Below the pieces are notes generated by a model that saw only the letters and a program-made list of their open reading frames with translations, was not told where the DNA came from and ran no database searches. From NCBI GenBank assembly GCA_963790475.1, contig CAWBOS010000013.1, positions 352,001 to 416,000 on the forward strand: a stretch of DNA of 64,000 nucleotides, read 5' to 3'. This stretch comes from an uncultured delta proteobacterium. GTDB lineage: Bacteria; Desulfobacterota; RBG-13-43-22. The first letter of the stretch is position 1; every line of letters begins with the position of its first letter. Below are positions 41,405 to 51,195 of this stretch, piece by piece. A program made the position numbers and the translations under genes.

Positions 41405-42415
41405 ATGTTGGTATTAGGCATCGAAACCTCCTGTGATGAAACCGCAGCCTCGGTCTTGAAGGATGGGAAAGAAATCCTTTCCAATGTGGTCTATTCCCAG
41501 ATCGCCCTTCACCGACCTTACGGCGGAGTGGTCCCGGAACTGGCTTCCCGAAAACACCTGGATAATATCATTCCTGTGGTCGAAGAAGCCCTTACTCAAG
41601 CCGGATTAAATTTGGAGGACCTTGAAGGCCTTGCCGTCACCCGGGGTCCGGGTCTGGTGGGCGCCCTATTGGTGGGCTTAAGCTTTGCCAAATCGTTATG
41701 TGCGGTTACCCGTGTCCCCTTAATAGGGGTCAATCACATCGAAGGACATATCTGTTCCATCTTTCTGGAACAGGAAGTGCCTTTCCCTTTTTTATCCCTG
41801 ACGGTTTCCGGTGGACATACCAGTCTGTTTCTGGTAAAGGGAATCGGATCGTATGAAGTTTTGGGGCAAACCCGCGATGACGCGGCCGGTGAGGCCTTTG
41901 ATAAAGTGGCCAAGCTGCTGAATCTGGGATATCCGGGTGGGGACATCATCGAATCTTTGGCTGAAAGAGGAGCGCCCAAGATCCGGTTTCCCAGGGCCAT
42001 GCCATCGGCCGATTCTCTGGATTTCAGCTTCAGCGGAATCAAGACCGCAGTAGTCAATTACGTCAAGGGATTTCCAACCGCCCCGGATAGCCTGAAAAAG
42101 TTTTCTATTGAAAATATTGCCGCCTCTTTTCAGGAGGCGGTGGCGGATATGTTGATTAAAAAGGCCGTCCAGGCTCGGAAGAGGTATAAAACCGAACGGC
42201 TGGTCCTGGCCGGAGGGGTGATCTCCAACGGATATCTGCGCCGCCGGTTCCGGAAGATGGCCCAGGAAGATAATCTGGATCTGTTTATCCCCTCTTCCCA
42301 TCTTTGCACCGATAATGCGGTCATGATCGCCTGGGTGGGGAATCATTACCTGGAAAGAGGAAAACAGGATTCGTTGGATATCGATGCCTTATCGAGATGG
42401 AAAGTTGGGACTTAG
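41405..42415 (+). CDS. tsaD: tRNA N6-adenosine threonylcarbamoyltransferase
   Basis: GIETSCDET, GGVVPELASR, NHIEGH, DDAAGEAFDK, CTDNA. Confidence 0.97.
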   Translation: MLVLGIETSCDETAASVLKDGKEILSNVVYSQIALHRPYGGVVPELASRKHLDNIIPVVEEALTQAGLNLEDLEGLAVTRGPGLVGALLVGLSFAKSLCAVTRVPLIGVNHIEGHICSIFLEQEVPFPFLSLTVSGGHTSLFLVKGIGSYEVLGQTRDDAAGEAFDKVAKLLNLGYPGGDIIESLAERGAPKIRFPRAMPSADSLDFSFSGIKTAVVNYVKGFPTAPDSLKKFSIENIAASFQEAVADMLIKKAVQARKRYKTERLVLAGGVISNGYLRRRFRKMAQEDNLDLFIPSSHLCTDNAVMIAWVGNHYLERGKQDSLDIDALSRWKVGT

Positions 42416-42514
42416 CGTGTCGACTTCCGGGTTTCGAGCATCGAATTTACTCATTAACAGCTTCAATAAGATCTATTAATTTAATATCAATGGAAAATTT
42501 GGAGGAAAATTGAA

Positions 42515-42691
42515 ATGGAAAAATCGGAATTGCTCGAGTTAAAAGAACAACTGGAAACTAAGGGAATTAAATGGGAAGAGGCTGCCGAGAAGATCAAATT
42601 CGATGTCCTTTTATTGAACCTTTATCTGGCCTCTCCACCGGTCCCCATCAGTGTCATCAATCCACTAAAAAAATTGCTGGAATCAGCCTAA
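42515..42691 (+). CDS. Small hypothetical protein (58 aa)
   Basis: ggagg RBS; MEKSELLELKEQLETKGIKWEEAAEKIKFDVLLLNLYLASPPVPISVINPLKKLLESA*; below ORF-track cutoff. Confidence 0.65.
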   Translation: MEKSELLELKEQLETKGIKWEEAAEKIKFDVLLLNLYLASPPVPISVINPLKKLLESA

Positions 42692-44059
42692 GGCATCTTC
42701 CTTCGGACTGATTACCACTACGCGATTTTTCCCTTGAACTTTAGCCCGGTACATGGCGGCATCGGCTTGCTTCAGAAGCTCCCCCGAGGCCAAGGTTCCA
42801 TCAATCTGGATAAGGCCTATACTGAGAGTTAAGGGGAATATCCGGTCGCCTAACTCAAAAGGATGTCCCTCCATAACCGAACGAAGCCGTTCGGCCGCCG
42901 TAAGGGCTTCCCGGCTGTTCATCCCCTCGAGGAGGACGGCAAATTCATCACCACCCAACCGAAAAACGATATCCTCGATCCGCAGTTCCTTCATGAGCAG
43001 GCCGGTCAGAGTAATCAGAACCTTGTCCCCGACACTGTGACCGAGGGTATCGTTCACCTCCTTGAAGTTGTCGAGGTCCATGTACAGGAGGGACGTCATC
43101 GTTCCTCGTTTGGCCTTGGCGATGCTGCGGTTAAGCATGTCCCGGAGGGAATGCCGGTTTAAAAGACCGGTGAGGGCATCATGAACGGCGAAATATTTCA
43201 GGTTCTCCTGATAGCGTTTTCGATCGGTGATATCGCGGAGAATGGCCGTGAAAAATCGCTGATCAGCGCTTTCCCAGTTGGCCAGCGAAAATTCAATGGG
43301 GAACTCGGTTCCGTCCTTCCGCAGTCCTTCCATTTCAACCGTTTTCCCTAAGACCCGAGGCTCTCCACCGGCTTGCACCCGTGCCATACCGATCAGATGC
43401 CGATCCCGGTAACGGACCGGCATGAGTCGATTCACAGATTGACCGCTGATCTCGGCCTCGGTGTGTCCGAATATTTTTTCAGCCCCCCGGTTCCAACTCA
43501 CAATGCTTCCGGCCCCATCGGCTGTGATAATGGCGTCATTGGCCGAGTGGGTAACCGCCCGGTAATGGGCTTCGCTTTCCCGCAGCGCCTCCTCGGCCCT
43601 CTTGCGTTCTTCAACCTCAATCTGGAGTTGTTCGTTGGCCAGCTGCAGGTCGGCCGCCTGGCGTTCGAGCCGGGCGCGCAATCGAAACAATTCCATTTGG
43701 TTCCTGACCCGAACCAGCAATTCACTGTGCTGGAAGGGTTTGGAAATAAAATCCATGGCGCCCAATTTCAGTCCGTCCACCCGCTGCTCCACTTCCGTAA
43801 TACCGCTAAGGAAAATGACCGGGATGTCCTGACTTTCCTCCTGCGCCTTGAGTTGCCGGAGGACCTCAAATCCGTCCATCCCCGGCATTAAGATATCCAG
43901 AAGGATCAATTCCGGCGGGCTGGCCTTGACTGCGGCGAGCGCGATCTCTCCGCTGTCTGCGGAACGCACCCGATAGCCCTCCATCACCAGGATATCGGTT
44001 ATTAGATTTAGGATCATCTGGGTATCATCCACTACCAAAACATCGCCTTTATCGTTCAA
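42683..44059 (-). CDS. Response-regulator diguanylate cyclase (REC-PAS-GGDEF)
   Basis: VVDD, LLDILMP, PAS (WNRGAEKIFG, RKDGTEFP), RIED I-site, GGDEF; aggag RBS before TTG. Confidence 0.93.
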   Translation of the reverse strand: MNDKGDVLVVDDTQMILNLITDILVMEGYRVRSADSGEIALAAVKASPPELILLDILMPGMDGFEVLRQLKAQEESQDIPVIFLSGITEVEQRVDGLKLGAMDFISKPFQHSELLVRVRNQMELFRLRARLERQAADLQLANEQLQIEVEERKRAEEALRESEAHYRAVTHSANDAIITADGAGSIVSWNRGAEKIFGHTEAEISGQSVNRLMPVRYRDRHLIGMARVQAGGEPRVLGKTVEMEGLRKDGTEFPIEFSLANWESADQRFFTAILRDITDRKRYQENLKYFAVHDALTGLLNRHSLRDMLNRSIAKAKRGTMTSLLYMDLDNFKEVNDTLGHSVGDKVLITLTGLLMKELRIEDIVFRLGGDEFAVLLEGMNSREALTAAERLRSVMEGHPFELGDRIFPLTLSIGLIQIDGTLASGELLKQADAAMYRAKVQGKNRVVVISPKEDALG

Positions 44060-44337
44060 GTGGTCTCCTTTGCAGAATGGATGTTGGCGGAATGCAGGAC
44101 GATGCAATAACCTAGTTGGTCGGCATGCCGGACCGGCAAATGGCCAAGCGACTGATCGGGGTCAAGACGGCCGGGACCTTTCAATTGTTTACCTCACAAA
44201 ACCCTGGCTTGAATTTCGGATCTCCCCTGAAAAACTGATTTCTATATTATGAATTTAAAGGAAGGAGTCAACATAAAAAAAAGGACCTGGTATCCGATGG
44301 GCTTCACTAAATTCGATCCGAAATCCGAAATAGGAGA

Positions 44338-44767
44338 TTACTCAAACCAAAATCCTTTTCCTCTAAGCAACCCCAGAAAAACCTCTACTACCCGGGGGTC
44401 ATACAATACCACCCTTGTTCGTTTCGATCTCCTCCAGAGCGCTCTCGATCCCCAGGGCGGGGCGATAAGGACGGTAAGAGGCCATGGCCTCCACCACATC
44501 GGCCACCATAAGGATCCGGGCTTCCAAGGAGATGTCTTCTCCCTTGAGCCCCCGGGGGTATCCGGAACCATTCATTCGTTCATGGTGTTGAAGGACTATC
44601 TCGGCCAGGGGCCAGAGAAATTCTATCCCCTTGAGTATGTCATGCCCTATCTGAGTATGGTCCTGAATCCGTTGGTATTCGATCTCGCTCAACTTGATCG
44701 GTTTGGTTAGTATCTCAGCCGGAATCGATATCTTGCCCAGGTCGTGAATAGTCCCGGCTATGCGCAA
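44338..44767 (-). pseudogene. HD-GYP phosphodiesterase fragment (5'-truncated, frameshifted)
   Basis: IHDLGK, QHHERMNGSGYP, RPYRP; no N-terminal part. Confidence 0.8.
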
Positions 44768-44799
44768 CCCGATCCATCGATCACCGTCCAGTTTCCATC

Positions 44800-45235
44800 T
44801 CTCGTATTCGGTGATTCCCTTGTCTGAAAAAACTTCCGCTGACCCCGGTGTAATTCAGGAACCGTGAGTTGGATGAGGCCATGAAAAACGGCCAGTTCCC
44901 GATTGGGCGGGATCACATAGACCTGGTTTGGTTTAACGGCCATCTGACCTGGGCCTCAATGACCGTCATGGTGGTGCTCCTTTGCAGGATCTCAGTCAGC
45001 ATACTGGCATGTCCCTGATTGAGATGGGAAACCAGGATTAAAAGCCATACTGTTGTCAGGGTTTAGGTGATGGAAAAAATTCTCACAGGCCTCCAACCCT
45101 CCGGCCGAGGCCCCCATCCCGATGATGGGAAAATTTTTCTCCGGCATCGGCCTCGCTTTCGTATCGAGGGAGCCTGCCGGTTTCAGGTCATTTTTCTTCC
45201 TGGTCTTCAAGGTTTTCTCCTTGGCAATGGGTCAT
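44800..45235 (-). pseudogene. CheB methylesterase-like N-terminal fragment
   Basis: IIGMGASAGGLEA, VKPNQVYVIPPNREL in different frames, then abrupt break. Confidence 0.75.
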
Positions 45236-45323
45236 GCCCGGGGTAGGAAGCCTTTGCCGGCCTTATCCCTGGCAGCTTTGCTTATGGCCTTTCTTTCCAC
45301 CAACACTGACCCCGGCCTCAATC

Positions 45324-47077
45324 TTATTTTTGGCCTGTATCTTCCAGACTAATAACCACCACACGATTCTTCCCTTGCGCTTTGGCCCGGTACACAGCGG
45401 TGTCGGCTTGGGACAAAAGTTGGACCGGCGCTGATGTTCCGTCGATCTGGGTTAGGCCAATGCTGAGACTCAAAGGAAATAGCCGGCCGCTTTCCTCAAA
45501 AGGATGAGCCACCACAGCTAAACGCAAACGTTCCGCTACCGAAAGGGCTTCCCGGCTGTCCATCCCGTCGAGAAGAACGGCGAATTCATCGCCCCCCAGC
45601 CTGAAAACGAGGTCTTCGGTCCGCAGCTCCACTTTGATGAGGTTGGTCAGGGTGATCAGGACCTCATCCCCGGAGCTGTGGCCGACCGTATCATTGACGT
45701 CCTTCAAGTTGTCAAGGTCCATATACAAGAGTGAACTCTTTGCGCCTCGTTTGGCCTTGGCGATGGTCCGGGTGAGTAGGTCTTCGAGTGAATGTCGGTT
45801 CAAAAGACCGGTGAGCGGGTCATGGATGGCAACATATTCCAGGTAATCCTGGTAGTGTTTGCGCTCGGTAACATCACGCAGAATGGCGGTGTAAAACCGG
45901 CCTTCATCGGTCTCCCCCCGGGCCAGGGAAAGTTCGACGGGAAACTCGCTCCCATCTTTACGTCGTCCTTCCAGTTCAACCGTTTTGCCGATCACCTGGG
46001 GTTCTTCACCGGCTCGCACACGGCTCATTCCGGCCAGATGCCGTTCAGAGTAACGGTCAGACATCAGTCGGGTCACAGGTTGACCACTGATCTCGAATGC
46101 GGTGAAACCGAACATTTTCTCCGCGCTCCGGTTCCAGCTCATAATATTCCCCGCGCCATCGGCCGTAATAATGGCATCGTTGGCCGAGTGGGTTACCGCC
46201 CGGTAGCGTGCTTCGCTCTCGCCTAACGCCTCCTCGGCCCTTTTGCGATCATTGATATCGCGGGTAAAACTCACTACATGGGGAATGCCTTTCAAAGGAT
46301 CATTCCGATCGGCTGTCTCAAAAGTTCTTCATCCCGGTATCCAAGCGCTTCTTCGGCTTGACGGTTTATTTTGACGATCTTCCCTTCTTGATTGGTCAAG
46401 ATCAGGATATCTTTCATTGAGAAATGATCTCACCCGTGGCAATGGCCGGGGTCAGGACCATCAAACGGTATTTGACTATGGCCTTCCAGACTCCATAAGC
46501 CCAGATGAGTATAATGATAGGCGCGATCGCCGGCAAAATCTGCAGGTGAAAAACCGGAAGGATGATATTGATCAGGGTCCCTAACCCAAAAGACAAAGCG
46601 ACGGTGTTGATAATGATTCGGGACTGTTTTTTATGAAGGGGAATAGTGGATCCACCACCAGATGGAGTCCGGGGCACCAACTTCAACCCACCCTAAAGAA
46701 GTCCGGACGAAATCTTTGGCGGTTACAATCCCCGTCCAGGCTTGGAACAAAATGATTATTCCCGGCAGATAAAGGACCGGGTAAATCCACTTTTTTCTAA
46801 GGAGATTTTCCTGTTGGGTCAGGACTAAAGCAAGATGCAGGGAAAAACCGCCTACCAGGCACCACCCGAGGGCTGAGAGTTTAAACCAAAACCAGACAAC
46901 TTCTTTGTCGGGAGCGAGATAAACGAAAGAATAAGTAAAAGCCCACCAGGCTAAATCCAGGCATAAGAGTAAAAAAACCCGGTTTAATGTGGATCGGGAA
47001 TCCAATTTAAAAGCATAAAAACCGAGATAAATATAGACGGTGAAGGAAAGCAGAGAAAAGAGAGAAAAGAGATTCAA
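45324..47077 (-). pseudogene. Membrane (HisKA_7TM-like) PAS-GGDEF diguanylate cyclase, disrupted in its 5' half; the PAS-GGDEF part 45324-46295 is still open
   Basis: Multi-TM N-terminus split over 46631-47077 and 46414-46686; PAS scraps; RTED...GGDEF. Confidence 0.78.
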
Positions 47078-47093
47078 AGGTCTATCCTCATAT

Positions 47094-47120
47094 AAAAAAT
47101 CCGGTCGTCATTTGGACCGG
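47094..47120 (-). terminator. Probable intrinsic terminator downstream of kdsB
   Basis: Minus strand ccggtc-N8-gaccgg followed by a T-rich tract. Confidence 0.5.
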
Positions 47121-47208
47121 CAATGGGCCGGCAAAGCGGGATCGGCGGAACCGACTTTTTTGCCCCAAGGCGCCTGCCTCAAACGGGCAGGAGGGTTATA
47201 AAAACATA

Positions 47209-47934
47209 TTATTCAACCGGAGAAAAATGAAGATCAGCCGGGGTGTCCACCTCAAAGGAATCCTGGGCGCTTTCGATGACCTGGATAGAATACCCGGATT
47301 CCAAAGCCCGCAATTGCTCCAACTTCTCCGCCGCTTCCAAAACCCCGGTGGGTAATGAGGCAAAGACTCGAAGGAAGGATCTGGTATAAGCATAAATCCC
47401 CAGGTGTTTGTAATAAACCGGTTTTTCCTCCCGGTCCCGGTAATGAGGAATCGGCGAGCGGGAAAAATATAAGGCCTGACCGGAATGGTTAAAGACCGTT
47501 TTAACATGCTTGGGATCGGGGATTTCCGCCGGATCGGTGATTCGATAAATGAGGGTACTCATCTTCCACTCCGGATGAGCCTGGTGACGGGCAATCAAAT
47601 CGGTCACTGCCTCGACGGGTAAAAAAGGCTGGTCTCCCTGGCAATTGACCACCAAGGTCCCCGGACCCAGTTTCAACAGACCGGCCGCCTCGGCCACCCG
47701 ATCGGTGCCTGAACGGTGATCCGCCCGAGTCATGACCACCTCTGCTTTAAAGACTGTTGCCGTTTCGGCTATTCGAAGATCATCGGTGGCCACCACAACC
47801 TGTGAAATGCCGGGTATCTTCCTGGCCCGAAGGACGACCTGTCCGATCATAGGCAAACCGTTGATCAAGCCCAGGGGTTTTCCCGGGAAGCGGGTGGATT
47901 CATAGCGGGCCGGGATAATGATGACGGGTTCCAT
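47209..47934 (-). CDS. kdsB: 3-deoxy-manno-octulosonate cytidylyltransferase
   Basis: IPARYESTRFPGKPL, SGTDR, QGDQP, YFSRSPIP, EKLEQLRAL. Confidence 0.97.
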   Translation of the reverse strand: MEPVIIIPARYESTRFPGKPLGLINGLPMIGQVVLRARKIPGISQVVVATDDLRIAETATVFKAEVVMTRADHRSGTDRVAEAAGLLKLGPGTLVVNCQGDQPFLPVEAVTDLIARHQAHPEWKMSTLIYRITDPAEIPDPKHVKTVFNHSGQALYFSRSPIPHYRDREEKPVYYKHLGIYAYTRSFLRVFASLPTGVLEAAEKLEQLRALESGYSIQVIESAQDSFEVDTPADLHFSPVE

Positions 47935-48099
47935 TTTTCTTAATCGCCTAGCTGCTTGCTAAACTTATCTGAATTATTCAGAAGCGGGTGGCGCGTTCCC
48001 TTTACGAATTGTTCCTTACCCCGCAACCTCTAACCCGTAACCGGGTTCTTACGAGAGATAAATTCCTGGATTTAGGTTGTAAAAATAAAATATCAATAA

Positions 48100-49086
48100 C
48101 TAAGAAGAAATGGTTTGTTTTTTAATCAAAGAAAATGGGGGTATTATCACTCCATTTTTTAATATGGATTCTTCTATAACAACATGGGAAGAAATTTCAC
48201 AGCAGGAGCCGATTCGGGTATTACCCCGGATCATGGTGAAGGGCCCGATGGTCGTATCCGGACCCACCCGTACCGAGCTTTCAATATGAGTGGACATCGG
48301 ATCGATAATAGTGACCCCCCGGAGCATCCAGTCCTTAAGGATCCGTTGTTCGAGGACCCGCCCGGAACGGGCTAGTTCGGACCGGTCATTGATCCCCAAG
48401 ACCTCCTCGGACCGGGGATGAAAAAAGGTCGATACCGGCAGCCCATTTTCCCGGGCCAATTGGACCAGGTCGGTCAGATAATATTCCTTTTGCCGGTTTT
48501 TTCGAGTTAATTTGGAAAGGGATGAAAAAAGGAATCCCGAATCAAAGCAATAAAGACCGGTGTTGATTTCCTGGACTTGCCCTTCCTGAGGGGAAGCATC
48601 CTTCTCCTCGACAATTTTCAGCAGTCGCCCTTGCGGGTCCCGTATGATCCGGCCGTATCCTTTAGGATCCGCAACGCTGGTGCTGATCAGGGTTAAAACG
48701 GCCTTCCCCTGCTTGTGCACCTGAAGCATTTTTTTCAGGGTCCCCTTTTCGATCAAGGGCACATCGCCGTAAAGGACCAACACCGTGCCCTGAAACCCTT
48801 TCATTTCTCTTTGGGCCATCTTAAGGGCATGACCGGTGCCTAACTGAGGCGACTGTTTGACAAGAACCCCGGGCCAGGTCCGGAATGCCTCCGCCAGAAG
48901 TTCGGCCTGGTGGCCGACAACCAAGAGACTTTTTTGAGGCCTCATGCTCAGGGCCGTGCCTAAAACATAACTCAATATCGGTTTGCCCAACAAGGGGTGG
49001 AGCATCTTCGGGATATCGGATTTCATCCGGGTCCCTTTGCCGGCGGCCAGGATAACAACAGCTAAAGGTTTTCTGCGGGTAGGCAT
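48100..49086 (-). CDS. glmU: GlmU-like UDP-GlcNAc pyrophosphorylase, short form (328 aa)
   Basis: ILAAGKGTRMKS, QLGTGHA, YGDVPL, GYGRI, EYYLTD, GINDR; only a few beta-helix coils. Confidence 0.88.
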   Translation of the reverse strand: MPTRRKPLAVVILAAGKGTRMKSDIPKMLHPLLGKPILSYVLGTALSMRPQKSLLVVGHQAELLAEAFRTWPGVLVKQSPQLGTGHALKMAQREMKGFQGTVLVLYGDVPLIEKGTLKKMLQVHKQGKAVLTLISTSVADPKGYGRIIRDPQGRLLKIVEEKDASPQEGQVQEINTGLYCFDSGFLFSSLSKLTRKNRQKEYYLTDLVQLARENGLPVSTFFHPRSEEVLGINDRSELARSGRVLEQRILKDWMLRGVTIIDPMSTHIESSVRVGPDTTIGPFTMIRGNTRIGSCCEISSHVVIEESILKNGVIIPPFSLIKKQTISS

Positions 49087-49104
49087 TCAATGAGCCTCTA
49101 ATTT

Positions 49105-49243
49105 AAGCCTCTTGCCAGAGTCCAATTTTTTTAAAATAGGGCAGGTATCTTGCCTGACAATAGGTTGAAATCAATAGATGCCAGTCAGTGCGGCTGACCT
49201 AATAAATGAGAAATTAACCTGAGCGGACTTTTGCAAGGGATTT
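49105..49243. mobile_element. MITE-like element with imperfect 19-bp terminal inverted repeats
   Basis: aagcctcttgccagagtcc ... ggacttttgcaagggattt. Confidence 0.5.
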
Positions 49244-49293
49244 AATTCAACTCAATTTCTTATTCTCAAAGGAGAAAATGAGAAACGGTCGCC

Positions 49294-49959
49294 TTATCCG
49301 GTCTTTTCCAGAACCTTATAAGTCATCATACCTAATTTTATTGATATATCGTCATTCATGACCACCATATTATCCGGGGCCTTAACCGATCTTGAGGCCA
49401 TATAGAGCACGGCCTTCATGCCGATTTTCCCGAGACGGTCGATAACCGCCTGAACTTCCGGCGGCGGCAAAGCTATGATGGCGATGTGATCTTCTTCGGG
49501 ATCAATATGGGTTTCAAGTTCCTCGATCGGATACACCATAATAGGGTCATCGCTATTCTTCACCAGATCGGGATCTTTTTCAAAAACTTTTCTTATGACC
49601 AGATTATTTTCTTTTAACATCTGAGAGTTGATCAGCACATTCCTGAACCGACCTCCACCTATGATTACCAGACCCCATTTTCTGCTGAGTCCCAGTATGT
49701 TGGCGAGTTCGGTTTTTAATGATTGAACTTCATAGCCAACCCCCCGGCAACCGAAGGTGCCAAAAAAAGACAGATCCTTTCTAACCATGACAGGGGAAAT
49801 CCCTTCGATGTCAGCCAGTTCCATCGAGGTTGTGCGTTTGACATCTTGTTTTTCCATTCTATTTAATGTTCGATAATAAATGGAAAGCCGCCGGATGGTA
49901 GAATCGGATATTTTGTCTGTCCTTAATTTTCCCTTTTCATCAATATTATTTACTTCCAT
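49294..49959 (-). CDS. rex: Redox-sensing transcriptional repressor Rex homologue (divergent)
   Basis: TIRRLSIYYR, VRKDLSFFGTFGCRGVGY winged HTH. Confidence 0.88.
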   Translation of the reverse strand: MEVNNIDEKGKLRTDKISDSTIRRLSIYYRTLNRMEKQDVKRTTSMELADIEGISPVMVRKDLSFFGTFGCRGVGYEVQSLKTELANILGLSRKWGLVIIGGGRFRNVLINSQMLKENNLVIRKVFEKDPDLVKNSDDPIMVYPIEELETHIDPEEDHIAIIALPPPEVQAVIDRLGKIGMKAVLYMASRSVKAPDNMVVMNDDISIKLGMMTYKVLEKTG

Positions 49960-50001
49960 AAAATTATATCTCCATTTGCTTGACAAGAATTTTCTTTTTT
50001 T

Positions 50002-50193
50002 TGAACCTCCTGCAAAAATCTTTAATCGTTATTCCTGGCTCTTCTCCCTTGCCGGATAACCCCAGTCGAAATCCAGTTCAAAGATCTGGTTTCCGGCTCT
50101 GGCCGGGACCACGCCTTGACCCCGATCCTGGCCCCGGACTTGATCCGGGACTCACCGGAGGTGACGGAATTCCTGAGGTATGCAAGTGGTTCA
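50002..50193. mobile_element. MITE-like element with TIRs and internal REP-like palindromes
   Basis: tgaacctcctgcaaaaatc ... gaggtatgcaagtggttca; internal gccccggacttgatccggg. Confidence 0.55.
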
Positions 50194-50314
50194 CTTGAAA
50201 TGAATAATTGAATATAAGATGGAGGGGAAAGAAGAGTCAAGGATAAAAATAGTTTCCCTTTTTCCCCTTGACCCCTCTTAGGCTTATTTTATACTCACTT
50301 CACCCATAAGAATA

Positions 50315-50332
50315 TTGTGAAATCTTTAACTT
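50315..50332. promoter_or_regulatory. Candidate Rex operator
   Basis: ttgtgaaatctttaactt resembles TTGTGAA-N4-TTCACAA; lies in the divergent region upstream of rex. Confidence 0.35.
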
Positions 50333-50348
50333 ATGCCAGGCATTATGA

Positions 50349-51126
50349 ATGGAGGAGCCAGAAAAAAAGGACATTAAACAGAACAAGCGGGGCAGTTTTT
50401 TTATTATTTTTAATATCCCTCATCGGTTTTTCCAGCGTGATTTTCGCTTCCATAACCAAGGGCCCGGCTGAAAACGAGTTAAAAAAAGATGGCTTCCAAC
50501 ATCCACTGGCTGGGTCATGACAGCTTCCGGATCGATGGGGACGGGGTGGTGATTTTGTCTGGATCCTTTAATGATCAAGGATGGTCCCAAAGCCGATCCG
50601 ATCCTGATAACCCATGATCATTTTGATCATTGCTCTCCGGCCGACGTGGCCAAGATCCGAAAACCTGAAACCGTTATTGTCACCGTAACCCAGGCCGCTG
50701 CCAAACTCACGGGCCAGATCAAAATTGTAAAACCGGGAGAGGGAATAACTGTTAAGGGAATCTCCATCAAAACTGTGCCGGCCTACAATGTGAATAAGTT
50801 TCGCAGCCCCGGAGTGCCTTTCCATTCCCAAGAATCCGGTTATGTAGGTTTTATCCTGTCGGTTAAAGCCTGAGCATTCACCATGCCGGGGATACGGACT
50901 TCATACCGGGAATGAGAAATGTAAAGTGGACATCGCCCTGCTGCCCGTAAGCGGCACCTATGTCATGGCCGCGGAAGAAGCCTTTGAGGCCGCCCCGGCC
51001 ATAAATCCCAGGCTGGCCATTCCCATGCATGTGGGAGGTCCGGTAGGGTCCTTATCCGCCGCGGGCAATTTCAAAGAAAAGGCTATGGTCCCGGTGCTGG
51101 TGCTGCCTGTAGAAAAAGAACCCTAA
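50349..51126 (+). pseudogene. MBL-fold metallo-hydrolase (UlaG-like) with several frameshifts
   Basis: IHWLGHDSFRI, THDHFDH, HAGDTD, LPVSGTYVM, IPMH in different frames; 5' end approximate. Confidence 0.8.
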
Positions 51127-51195
51127 CCCGGGCCGCGATCCGTTTTAGTCGTTGCCGAGGGTCATAAATCACCTCGACGGCATCGAACTGATAAT

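Noticed and set aside
47095-47195. c-di-GMP-I riboswitch upstream of the 7TM cyclase
   Set aside because: GGCAAA is present but the GAAA tetraloop and GACGCAAA core are absent; better explained as the kdsB terminator.
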